NCBI GenBank assembly: GCA_003344405.1
Contig: NOWV01000267.1
Span: 1 to 64,000, forward strand
Source: Trichoplax sp. H2
Taxonomy: Eukaryota
Length of the DNA stretch: 64,000 nt
Direction: 5' to 3'
The position numbers and the translations under genes are program-made. Shown here piece by piece: positions 1 through 13,100 of this stretch (positions within the stretch are counted from its first letter, which is position 1; each line of letters starts with the position of its first letter). The notes under the pieces were generated by a model that saw only the letters and a list, made by a program, of their open reading frames with translations, searched no databases and had not been told where the DNA came from.

Positions 1-126
1 CTCAACTAAAAATTCTGCCTCAAAAGCCGAAATTCAAAAATTTTTCTCCAATACTTTTAGTCGAGTATATTACATAATTTTTTAGTTACGGCTTTTAAAG
101 GAAACTTTTTAGTTGAGTAGTCCCTG
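1..126. mobile_element. MITE-like element truncated by the window start; right terminus ...TTTTTAGTTGAGTAGTCCCTG
   Basis: Bases 1-12 (CTCAACTAAAAA) are the reverse complement of 106-117 (TTTTTAGTTGAG), followed by TAGTCCCTG (118-126). This implies a TIR CAGGGACTACTCAACTAAAAA whose first 9 nt would lie just outside the window. The terminus resembles the element at 23369. Confidence 0.6.
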
Positions 127-207
127 GAAATATCTGCAATTCAGATCTACGACATTGCTTTGCAATCAGCGAGCCGTTGTACTGTACTTCCAGTGTACAG
201 TACACTG

Positions 208-627
208 CCTGGACTAGTGATTTGTATAGTACTGTACTATGCTTATAGTACATATAGTAAAGTATGAAGTACCGAACTGCATCCCACGTCTACTACTCAA
301 CTACTGTATTTCAGTTTAAGCATTGCAACAGCTTTTGCCCTTAGTACTGAACTGTACAGTGTACGGTACGTTATTGACAAAATATTGTACACTGTACACT
401 GTACAAAACCTGGACTAGTGATTTGTATAGTACTGTACAGTGTACAGTACTGTGCTTACACTACATAAAGTATAAAGTACCGAACTGCATCCCACGTCTA
501 CTACTCAACTACTGTATTTCAGTTATGCATTGCAACAGCTTTTGCCCTTACTGAACTGTACAGTGCACAGTACTTTACTGGCAATAATACTGTACACTGT
601 ACGAAACCTGGACTAGTGATTTGTATA
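208..627. repeat. ~200-bp tandem repeat (2 copies plus start of a third) upstream of MRPS28
   Basis: CCTGGACTAGTGATTTGTATA starts at 208, 409 and 607. The internal block AAGTACCGAACTGCATCCCACGTCTACTACTCAACTACTGTATTTCAGTT is identical in both full copies. Confidence 0.9.
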
Positions 628-811
628 ACATACAATACTACATGCTGACATTCGCTGCACATCGGCGCTCATTGCTCAACATCTGGAAAGATAACTTGAT
701 TTAATAAGAACCTTTGAGGTTCTGCCCTAAATTTAGTGATTGATTAGGAACCTGAGAAACTAATTAAATTCAAAGCATAGAAGCAGGATATTTCTACAAA
801 TTAAGTGAATA

Positions 812-1443
812 ATGCTACGTCGTTATTGTACAGGAAATTTAATGCAGCTGATGCGAAGCAGCATTGGTTGTCGATGGTTCGCACTTTCAACATCAATGAA
901 TAACAGCAACGATTCTTCCAACAACACTATAGATAACAGTAGCTATAAAGAATCATTTGAAATGAAAGACAGCAACGATTCTTCCAACAACACTATAGAT
1001 AACAGTAGCTATAAAGAATCATTTGAAATGAAAGACAGCAACTTTGAAAACATGCTCCGACATTCAAAGTTTATAGGTATTGGTAAACCGGGCAAGAAAA
1101 AGGTTACTGGCCATATCAAGCATGTGGTTGGCGATGATTTATATGTAGATTTTGGTGGTAAATTTTACGGCGTTGTTAAACGTCCAAGCTATGCAGGAGA
1201 TCGGTACGAACGCATTTTAATTTTGTAACGATCGATAATTAATTAATATGGCTAATCTTTCAGTTCCCTCGGTAATAAAGTGTCACGTATTAATAACTCG
1301 TTTCTTTTCTTGTCTGCTTGATTAGAGGTTACAAGTTAGGGGACAGCGTTACAATACGATTAAGAGATACCGAAGTTACTGGACATTTTATAGGACAGAG
1401 TCGTCATATGACTCTTTGCGAAGCTGATATTAGTCTTACGTGA
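812..1443 (+). CDS. MRPS28: Mitochondrial ribosomal protein S28 (bS1m), 2 exons (812-1203, 1326-1443)
   Basis: Arg-rich presequence-like N-terminus, then FENMLRHSKF..VTGHIKHVVGDDLYVDFGGKFYGVVKRP. A GT-AG intron (1204-1325) joins in frame to RGYKLGDSVTIRLRDTEVTGHFIGQSRHMTLCEADISLT*, matching the MRPS28 S1-like domain. Confidence 0.9.
903..1042 (+). repeat. Perfect in-frame 66-bp tandem duplication inside MRPS28 exon 1
   Basis: ACAGCAAC... units start at 903, 969 and (8 nt only) 1035; they encode SNDSSNNTIDNSSYKESFEMKD twice. Confidence 0.95.
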
Positions 1444-4222
1444 TTTTAGACATACGTCGTACATGCGAAACCGATCGAAAGGTACTCGTCTGTGAAGGGA
1501 GCGAATAGAAGGGTTCAATTTTACAGTTGTTAATATACAGCTGCAGAAAATTTCTTTCCTGTATATTGAATAAGCATTACAAAGCTCTACTGTATACTAA
1601 TTGTCACAAATATATTTCTGTCTGAAATCTTGAAAATCTTCTGTACTATACTGATTTTGGTTGAATACAATAAATAAGTGCTCTATATTCCATATTGCTA
1701 TGATCTTTGCGTTATTCTCGGTTAGAGATCTGGGTTATTAGTATTTGCTTTATAATGTAGTAGTTGATCAATAACGCAACGTTTTCTTGTGGTATTTAAG
1801 ATTGCATGATTGTATTTTGCATACTGGTAAATGGAGTGAAATTTGAACTGATTTAAGCTTTCTTAAGCAGAATATATCGGACTTTATTCTTTTTTACATG
1901 TGTTGTCAAGAACTTGAACTATTTCTCATTTAGAATTGACGGAGATGGCTACAAAATCAGATGACTATATTATAAATTTGTAAAGATCTTAGTCTCTAAA
2001 AATCTAGTTAATAAGTGCAGTTCTAAATTAGAGTGTTAGCAGCGTCTTTGATCTGTTGCGATTTAAAATCGAATCGCCGGGTTGTGTGGTATATTGGCAT
2101 AGCAGTAAAATAATTCTCCTACTGAAACCTGACCAATTGATCGCAAGCTTGTATAACTTTACAATGTTTGAATCGTATTGCCCTAATTCCATAATATATT
2201 TAGAAATTCACCGGCTGTATGTCAAAGGTAGATTCCTATGAAACTGACGAGATGAGTAGCTACCATAGAATTGCATTTTGATTGCTTTTGAACTCGTAGC
2301 TACAAATTTGATAAATGCAGGGATTACCTTGCTGAAGGACTTCTAAATTTTATATGCATTCATCTTTTCAAAATTGCTACTTTGATTTCGATCGTAATAT
2401 ACGAATATACAGTACTAGGGTAATAAGCGTATCCTATGCTTTACAGAGGTAACTTACAATTTTTCTTCACAATTGCTTAATTAAAAACGGCATAGCAATG
2501 TAAATAGGTAGTTGTACCTCCTAGAAGCGTATATCTTACCGTAAGCAAATATACTTTGGGTAACTTTACGACAGACTTACGACATTAATGAAATTGTATT
2601 TGCCTTGCCATTGTAATGAATCATCGATTAATTAGCGAAGATGTAAGTCAAATCATGAGCTTTATGCAAATAACGTAGTGAATAAATGCACCTACGTGAA
2701 GAGTTTCATTGAACATTAACCTAAACAAATTGTTCATATTATTAGACTACCGTTGCATTGTTATACTGAAGAGTTCGATACTATTTATATTAAAGATGAA
2801 GCTGCGAATGATACAGAAAAGAAGAAAAGTTATCTAGCTCTCCGAATACAACCTAACATAAATGAACGATATTATGTATTCGCATCGATTCATTATAATA
2901 TCAAGCCTGGTATTAGAATCACTTAGAAATTGCGACATATTTGTATACCACAAATGGTACATTATACAGTATATATATATAATATACGACTTAATCTATT
3001 AATGGGTTACGATCATGATCAGTGAATTCTATGAGAAATGAGAAAACGATTTATGCTCAGTAATCTGTTGTTTCATTTCGTTGCGTTTACGTATTGGCAT
3101 TATGGTACCGTAATGTTCTCGCATATATATATATACATATGCAGTTCATATTATAAACGTAGCCCTAACGCTTGTAAAGGCAGACTATTTATACAGATGA
3201 CGAATAAAAATTTTGACTAGATACGTACAATTGCAATAGCATGGAGTGGTGGCTTCGCCGTGTATAAGGATTGCACTACTATCTTGATCCTATTTAGTAT
3301 ACTTGACCATGGATAGTTATTCGACTGAATGTCTTCCTTATTAATTACATTTAAACGAGAATGTAACATACTAACTAAACTATCTAGGAAAGACCGATAC
3401 CATACCTTAACAGTGCAATCATCATGAAATGATGAAAATTTAATTATACCATATGCGCCTGTATATTATTGATTCGTAAACTAAAGAAATTAAAACACTA
3501 TACTGTACACTTATAACGCATGTCGATATTTCTTTAATTGCCTAAATAACGGAATGAGCTCTATATATACATATATTTCATGTCTCACTACCAATTGAGT
3601 TACTGAAAGTATTGACACGTTAAAATTCATTCTCCGAAATAAGCACTTCTGTTTATTCATGAATTCAGGTTAGTTTAACGATATTGCAAAAGTTGGCAAT
3701 ACGCGTACAATGCTATGTATTTGAAATTATAATTATATTATTAAGCAAAAAATGTTTTGCTTATGATTACTGAATGTTATATTTCCAGATTTTGACGAGA
3801 CTTGAAGCTATGTTTGTCTTAAAAAATAGTAAATCAGTAACAACTAAGATGTTTGCACGAAATCAATTTCAATATATTAATTATTATAGCATAGAAATAG
3901 AAGTAATCATGATCAAGATTGTGTTTTTTTCTGCAAACGCCTTCAGCTACGTGATCGGCTATGGACATTAAAGTTGGAAATATTAATACAGAGCAGGTTT
4001 TATATGTATAAAAATCCTCCAGCCTAGGCATGACATGACAATTATATATAAAAAATGTTTGAGATGTGATTCAGAAATTGTAATATGCCGTATATCATGG
4101 AAAATGAGATGGATAGATCCCATGGGTTTTATATTAAAATGTTTTAATTAAATTTTGCTTTGAAATTTATTTCATAATGATATTTTCATTTTACAATTTT
4201 AGATAAATTTGAAGATCATAAA

Positions 4223-6112
4223 TTATGTAATCGGCATGCTAGGAGCTATTTGTTGAGAATACATAGGAAAGCCAGGATGCGAGGTTATGCCAGTCGTAAT
4301 AACACTAGGATGTAGAGGCATTCGTGAGCATAAACTGCTATTTTCAAGTGGGATTGAACCAATATGAGCAGCTTTCATAGTCTCATTTGCCATGAGATTG
4401 AGCTGTACTGGCATAGCAGTTGCACAAAAAGTCGTGGATTGTTGAGGGTTTGCATGAAAAGCTACTGGTCCAACTGGAGGTAAAGAATCTTGGGAGCAAG
4501 AACAGTTTGAAAAACGCTGATTCATGCATGATTCTAAGTGATTTAGTAAACGTACTCGAGATGTATCGCTGCAATCGATTCCATGATGATCAGATATATA
4601 ACGATTGAGTTCCATTGCACAACCATAAAATCCATATGCTTTATAATCCACTGCAGCTAATGGTGATCTTCCATAATAATGTGCAACACCATCTCTGCCT
4701 AAAATATTAATATAAATAATAATATGAATCACTTGAATCAGCGATGAACAAGTCTTTGATCCATTTTTCCTATGATGGATTGAAAGATGCTTTATATTCC
4801 CGTATTGTTATCCTATTTTTTTGTGTAACATTACTTATACTGCAAATTAGGCTGTAAACTGTATAATAGCATATATTGTAACGCCGTTATAATCGTACCG
4901 AATAAGGATTGTAGTCTTTTGTTATGATAATAAACTTTTTGCTTTAGTAACAATTACTCTGTTGATTCTGTATGATATCGAGTTTTTACAAGTTTTGTTT
5001 TGACAATTGAGTACAGTATGCAGGGTTAATGAAATTATAACGTTAAACATGCCTTCTTTCGATGCTTCTAGATACACATAATTAATTTATATGATACGAT
5101 GAATGAACATTTACTGGCTTACCTTCTTTCAGATGAAGTTTTAGATACTTTAAATGATCTACTGTCATTTGCAGTATTTCGGCTTTTTCTAATTTTGCTG
5201 ATCCCTATTCAAAATTATTGGAGAACATTTACTTATACGTGATTACGATATTGTATTGTATGAAATTATGATGACAACAAAAATTGAATTACACTTAATA
5301 CTGTAGTTTTATCCTAGACGATTATGAACGAGTAATTGACTAGATCTTGTATACATGTTACATTGTAATGTAGTAATTTCGTACAGAAGGATACATTCAA
5401 TCAGCGTTAATCTACGTTATTACGCCTTGAAGGAAGTAGATTAGAGTGATCGGAAGCAATCTAATTCTAGCATAATACGTAACTATAGGAAATTAATCTA
5501 CACCGTGATTTATTGTTACCTGTTTTTCATATGCCGTCGGTACTAATCTTTTTAATTCATGTAAGCAACGATTGATACGATCTCTACGTCGCTTTTCGAT
5601 AATCTATAAGTTGAATTCATAATAAAATAAATCAATTTTTATTTTTTATGCTATATATGTAGTCTATCATCGTCAATACTGTAACTACTAGAAGAGTAGA
5701 TAGAAGAAGACTAATGGTAATTGTTATTTTGGTAATCAATTGAGAATAAAGTAACCACTATTCTAGTCTATTTTTACTTTAATATACTGTAAATCATTGC
5801 ACACTTGTATCATTAAGTGATATTAACCTTTGAAACTATAGGTATAAAACAAATCCATGCTATATTATGATTGCAATCGATTTGTTGTCTTACCCCACGC
5901 TTCTTCTTCCTTGTGGTAATTTGAACATCATTGATGGATGATGACCTGCATAACGTATCACACGCGACCAAAATTAGAATATAAATATTAAAAATTGGCT
6001 ATATGTGTAACGGCACGTGTCCAAAAAGTAGTAGTGGAAGGTTGAACTATCGCTCTACTTACTCCATATTGGTGGTATCATCCGAGCTACTATCATTACC
6101 ATCACATTTCAT
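4223..6112 (-). CDS. HEY: Hey-family bHLH-Orange transcriptional repressor, 5 exons (6112-6063, 5945-5894, 5603-5520, 5204-5123, 4698-4223)
   Basis: Spliced translation [83 protein letters not shown]... It has the Hey-diagnostic basic-region Gly and an Orange domain ([26 protein letters not shown]). All intron phases are consistent. Confidence 0.93.
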
Positions 6113-6447
6113 ACTTTTAAACTGGATAGGATAATGAATTTGTAATTTCGAAATGGAAAATGATGAAACGATTTACTGTTTGTATATTTTGCAAAGGGAG
6201 AACTATTACAAACTGTTATATGTGAAACTATCGAGTTATGTGCAATATTCTTATTAGGATACTTCATTATATAAGAGGAATGTATTATTAAGCTTTTGTT
6301 CACTATTGTTTCTAGAAACGTTAGCCCACGGCTGGTTACTAGCTATAGTTTTGTATTATTGTCTGCAATCTGTGATCATTTAGCTTTGCAGTTGATAATG
6401 TTATCTTGGTATTGATTGGTTTATTGTCGTAGGACAATAAGATTGAC

Positions 6448-6540
6448 CACGTGCAGATCGTGGGAACGGTCGGCCTCAATCAGCCCAACAGCCAATCAAG
6501 ATGCAATCATGGTAATCTTCTATCACGACAACCGTGTGAA
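6448..6540. promoter_or_regulatory. Hey proximal promoter: E-box, CSL/Su(H) sites, CCAAT box
   Basis: CACGTG 6448-6453, CGTGGGAA 6459-6466, GCCAATC 6491-6497 and CGTGTGAA 6533-6540, all 330-430 bp upstream of the Hey ATG. Confidence 0.6.
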
Positions 6541-9500
6541 CTATGATAAGCTATGACGTGAACATCGTCAGTACCGGTAGTACATAAATGGCATAAAATA
6601 CTATACGCTATAATATATAATCTAGCTAAGCATTGGATACTCTTTATGGATGTTTCCTCATCCATTTCATTCTTACAAAATGATCATGTTTTTATTAGGA
6701 TAGAGTAAAGGTATACGATCCAATAATGTAGTCATAAACAGTATGGCATTAATGAATGAAGCTTCCTGTTACCCGTGAGGAGGAGGGATATTTATTTTTT
6801 GGATGAGTTACAGTAGGAATACAAGATCAACTCTTTGTAGCAGAACATTTGTTTATATCTCCTGTTATCGTCATTGCATTTCTCACACACCCACTCTGTG
6901 GAAGATTAATCAATTTCAACAGCTAGATATTTGTATAGGAGAGTACACATAATATGTGTACATTCGTAAGTACAGCATCAGAACAATTTGTCCCAAGCAA
7001 CCGGTGATACAGGTTTTACTCTAATTTTGAAAGAAAGCTTGTTTGCTACACGCATTAACAAATTATGTACAAAAACCGTTCTAGATGAACTTTCGATCGA
7101 TGCTTCATACTATTATTATATGTATTATATTAAAACTCACCGGTTTGATAATTAATAAGGGATACAATTTTAAACCCTCTATTAACTGAAGCATTTCATG
7201 GCCTGTAACATATTTTATAAAGAATCTGATACAAACAGTAAATTAGACTTTCAATAACATTCGCGCTGTTGTTAAATTACGTAACCGTTTGATATAAAGT
7301 ACAGTCTCATGGAAGTAGAGCATTGTTGTTTTTATCCTGTTCTTAGCGCATTGTTTTAAATATTATAGAGTTGACGAGTTGACGTCCAATAGTGAATAGA
7401 AAAAGGAACTATAATTCAGGCCTGTTCTGTCTCAAAATGATCGTTTATATTCCTCCGGTAGTAATTTGAAATATATATCATGCATTTATACTACAGCAGA
7501 TGAGATAAAACATCGTGAATAGCTAAATATCTTCAACAAACATAACCATTTTCTTATCTAACAAGGGAGTTAGTATCTGTAGCAGTGCAATCAGGTTCAT
7601 TAACATTACACTATAGTACAACAATAATAATTATCGTTCTTATGTCAACGCGGAATTAATGATGCAGTGAAATCGCAATTTTTGATATTTACATGAGCCT
7701 TTCCAGACGCTAGTTGCTTCTTTAATTTAACATCGCTATTGTTCTTTTCCTTTTCAATGAACAATTGAATCCGGAGTTCATTCTGTAAACAAACCTTGAA
7801 CAAAATTGTGTTTTATTATTACATTTTGGTATTTTATGACCCCTCCTTAAAATCATGACTACGGTACCCTATAGCATGTCAAAAGGAATAGACTACACAG
7901 ATACTACTATCAGCAGGGATAATAAGTTAATATCTGACAAGACTGGACAATAAGCAAAACAAAACTATGTGCTTTGTTCTCATATCTAAAATAGTAAAAA
8001 ACCCCAAAGTCTCATTTTACTTATTATCAGTTTATTTTAGTGACATATAGCTTAATTTGTAGGTTAGTAAAATGCTGTATTGTTTTAGATAACCAAATTC
8101 AGTTAGTGTTAACGTGTTTAAACATTAAAAAAATCGATTAGGGTTGTTTCTTTCATTTATTGCTTCGTATTATGTACACAATTAGCTTCAATTAACAATA
8201 ACCACTTGTTGACACTTTTTTGAACGTACTTTGTAATAAAGAGTCTACAAACGTAGAAATTAGAAACTTTCGAAAGAACGTTATTAGAAGCGTAGATTTC
8301 ACTACTATTTTATAAGCCGCATCAGAGTCCAAAAGTGAAATGCTATTGCGCACATAGACGGTATATCATACATTTTGTATATGGTATCAAAGTATATATA
8401 TAAATATGTAGCGTATACCATTTATTTTACGGAGAGTGAGTTAATTACTGTACTTTGTGATAAGTGTGTGCGGAACGTGTACTGTACGCATACGGTAAAA
8501 GTAAATTTGATTTGATTTGTACTTATCGTGCGTTGCGACTTGCGAGAACACTGCACGTAACTAGAGATTATTCAGCACACTCGCATTATTCTATTTGTAT
8601 TCATGTATTCTACTGTACAATTACGGCATACTGTTCTATACAATTTTTTTATTTTTTTATGAACGCTACAATAAAGTACACAACACTGTATTAATTATCA
8701 TGGAACGTTAGCTATCCATTGCTAATAGAAATATGCATACTGTTACCGGGATACAATGAAAATGTGCTGCTGATCGCGCATCTGTTATACATACTTTCGC
8801 AAATTTGATGCTTATATCCGATGATACTATCAATTAAATCATTTCTAAAGATAACATATTTCATACGGGAATAATCATTTGTTGTTGTCATTATATTATA
8901 TTATAAGAATGAAATTCTATCCATGCTTTTGCTTTTATTCTTTGTTGCAGTGGAAGTTTGAATTCATGTAAGATACAGAATACATTATTAGAGTGGTTAT
9001 GGGCGTGCCGTTTCGTGCGAAGGCCGCATTAGCAACGCTTACGTGTATAATACTCGGAGTATTCCACTACTTTATTTTGTAGATGAAGTCACTATAGGAA
9101 ATTCAGACTACCGGCAATAGTCTAGTTGACTATATACTATACTGTATAATGTGAAATGCTGTATGTGTATAAAACGATAAATGCAACAAAAATCAACAGC
9201 TTAGCGACGATCATGAACTATTCAAACTATTTTTGTAGTACTGTAGTCCATGGCGTAGCGTAGCGTTCCGAGAAACTAAGAGCGATCATTTCTTCATACA
9301 AAATAATGACAGTACTTTTCAGCTAATCGCAACTAAAAGTTAGAAATGTTCTAAAAGATTCTATATATACGTAGTAAATGTAGCGCCTTACTCGCCAGCT
9401 GTTACATGATGAGATGCTGCCATTTAATGCTATAGGTGGCGATCTACAATCGACGCGTATGCTTCGTAGTTCGTACCCATGACATCACTTTCGCTAACTC

Positions 9501-10187
9501 GTGATTCACAGTATATATTATATGCAAAAAAGATATCACGCACTGAATACTCCCTAGTCCCTACAATCATATGGATATATTTGACAGCTGTAATACTATC
9601 ACTACCTACCAATCTACTGACTATACAGAGTATTCGTCTTCTCTAGAATCCAAGCTATGTACAAACAAGCTCATTCGATCTTATACAGCACTATGAGTTC
9701 GCCATTACTACTTATACTCTTTCGATGAAGTAATTCATTCAAATTCCTATACGAATTTTATAGTCTGTGATAGCAGATTCTACTACTGTACAGCACACTG
9801 TATAGCGTACTCTACAGACCCTTAATGTGCTACTCTATAGTACTGTATATTCAGAATTTAGACAAAAGGATCTCTGACATGCGTACTACTGACATTACCC
9901 ATCCAGGTACTATACTGTCTCATGTACCATCTAAATTCTCTACTAAAACTGTCTATTAATGGTGTGTCCTAGAATAACTATCGGATAGTGCGTTCTCTGT
10001 GGATATTGGTCATATGAATGAAACTGTCACAGACTGATGATTGGCGTTATTGTATGACAAGGAAGGGATAGAATAGCATATCTACTATAGTAATTGAACA
10101 GTGGTTTTAGCAGTTTAGCTTGCAAAGCCAACAGTAGCTCAGGTCAAGTCGGCCAGTCCAGCCAGTTCAAGCGTTAACAAATCAAAG

Positions 10188-13100
10188 ATGAAAGTGGTAA
10201 TTCTACTTTTGGATATTATAGCATTAAAACGATTTCCTCGAAATTGATAGAGTACATAGGCAATATATGTGTGTCAAAGTAACTTGTCTAAGTGATTTTT
10301 TTTCTTAACGGTATGGCTGAAGTACTGCTTGTCAGGTCATGCATCGGCGCCATGTTCAGTGGTTCAACATCGGCAAATAACCGTCATGCTAGATTGCAGC
10401 TTGAGCATGGTTCCAGCGCTGCACTTTTTACCTGTTCCCGTAGTTACAAGGTGACTTCCATCATTTATTTTACTTGCAGTATTGTAACTTAAAGTAAATA
10501 GAATGGATGATATCCAACGCTATTGGAAGACTTGAAGCTAATGTCTTGTTGTTGTAATTAGTGAAAGATTATCAACCTGCAGAAATTGGAACAATCAGTT
10601 TATGAAGAGCAAGGTAATGAGACTACAATGGATCATCCAATTGCATTTTACTAGTGTATCTTGTTAGCCATATTAATTTGAATGTGTAATTCAGAGCCAA
10701 TCCGCATAGTCAATGATATAATTATCATTTCTATATTAATTTGTAACTTATTTTGGAGATAGTCGTCATTACGCTACAGCGGTAGGCCTCGGTAGTGTGG
10801 AGGCATAATACAGTACTATTTAATGCTTATAGTACTATTATGATACATATGACTCTTTCAGCATAGGAAAGTGTCACAAAATAGTTTATAGGGTTACTAA
10901 TCAATGCAATATTTGAACTCAGTCATAAAGATCTAATAAAAGATTTGAGAATACTGTAGATCAATAATCAGTATTGAACAGAACCGATCATTCGGTCGCA
11001 GATATCGTTGTGGCAATTGATTGAGGACCATTTTATCATGACTTCAGTTTATCTCGTCGATTAAGGTTAATAATTAATAGATGCAGTATGCACTACAGCT
11101 TTCATAGCTTCAAATGATGGTGTTGTTCTTTTTTGTAAAATTTGTTACCACGTACTGCATGACTTATACTTAGTTGATAACTGGCTGTCGCTTGGATGAG
11201 TATTTCTGATAGTCATAGAGATCAATTATAATCCTATTGATATAGTAATTCGCCTACTGACTAAATCCTAGCTATGTTATCAGCTAAGATTAGTTTATTT
11301 GAAGTATTGCATGTTAAATAAAGTAAAGGTACAAGTATAGCACGTGAAGTATATCAAACGAGGGATCGACTAGTATATATATAGTGTACAACTTGCAGCA
11401 ATATCCAGGTACTAATGCTAATATTATTTAATATATCTAGGTTATTAAAGATATTAATGGTATACCGTTTATCGATAGTATGCCGGAATTTCGTTTACCG
11501 GAGGTAGGTGAACTCAACATTTCATACTTATAACCGTTTGTGCTTTTAACTAAAGAGAGAACTGTGTCTGTACGTATGCAAGCTTATGCGCGCTCTTTGC
11601 ACTTAACGGTTTCGATACTACATGACGAGACTATTATTATATAAGCTTTACTTATCATGGCATTGCATTACGTAACTACGTACAGCATGATGTGAAAATA
11701 ATTCAAGATATACAAATATTGTAAATACGTATACTAATATTGGTTCAATAGATGGGTTTCTTGGATCTCTTAAATCTTGATGCAATATTGATATCGAACT
11801 TTTATTGTATGTTGGCTTTACCATACATTACTGAGGTTTGTCCGTACATTATACTTATAGTTCGTTATAGTAATAGTTTTGCTATTTCACATCTACCTGC
11901 TGCCACTTGACTTGTTTTTATACAATTTAAATTATTATCTCAGCGATGCGAATTTCACGGGAAAATCTATGCGACTGAGCCAACATTGCAAATGGGAAAG
12001 TTAGTATCTGACCGAAATAATTCTCATGTGATTAGCGTCGGCTGTGATGAATTTGATATGTTTACCTATTAGTTATATTAAATTAGGATAATTTTATTAT
12101 TATTATTATTAAGATTGTTAATGGAAGAATTGGTATTTTATAACGAACGTGTTTCGAAATCTAATTCTATTAATGAATGGAAACAACCTGACATTATTAG
12201 GTACAACTTTCATAATCGCATTGCCAATTAATGATACATTATTTAGTTTAATGACTTTTAAAAATGAAAATTATTACTATTGAATTTTACAATAGATTTC
12301 TTCCATCGCCTCTAAATCAGTTTGGAGATATCGCTGCGTGGAAATCGATATATACGTAAGTTGTACTAAATAGTAATACTTATATCTCTGTTGGCTGAGA
12401 CCTGTAATAATATATATTTATTGTAATCTATTTCTATGATTATAAACCTACAATTTACAGCATTAAAGAAGTTGAAGCTTGTTTGTCTAAAGTTCAAGCT
12501 GTCCGACATCTTGAGAAATTAGTAAGGTGGCTTAAGTTTAGTTAGATAAAATTCTTTTAGATAACAGTGGCTATGTTTACTTAACGACATAGGACTTATT
12601 TGGAGCATTTAATGTTACCGCTTTAAGCTCTGGATTTTGTTTGGGAAGTAGCAATTGGATATTAGAATCTCCATATGAAAAAGTACATAAGTTGTAATAA
12701 TTGTAAAATTTTGACTGACCAGTCTAGATAATTGCAAGGCATTATTTTATCATGATAGAGGTACAACCTACAAACTTCTTTCTAATGTTGTTTTTATCGT
12801 ATTTTTAGATCAGTTACCTATCTTGCTCATCTATCTTTAGTACACACCCTATGGTACGGCTTAATTTAATCCGTTACAATTTGTACTGTTCACCTGAAAT
12901 TCTATTGAATGTGCTATTAACATGCATTTTTGTTTAATTCTTTGGTATAGCCCTTAGATCAAGAAGCTTTGAAGAAAAGTGATATTGTTATTTTAACTGG
13001 TTTAAGTCAAGTGCCATATGCAAATCCCGATCAACTTGTAACGGAACTATGTAACAATTTGGGTATGTTTTCATGTGTACTTGTAAAGTCATGAATATCC

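Noticed and set aside
4120..4133. Remnant YKPW-like coding downstream of the Hey stop (minus strand TATAAAACCCATGG)
   Set aside because: Y-K and P-W are not in one frame, there are nearby stops and no suitable acceptor; probably chance.
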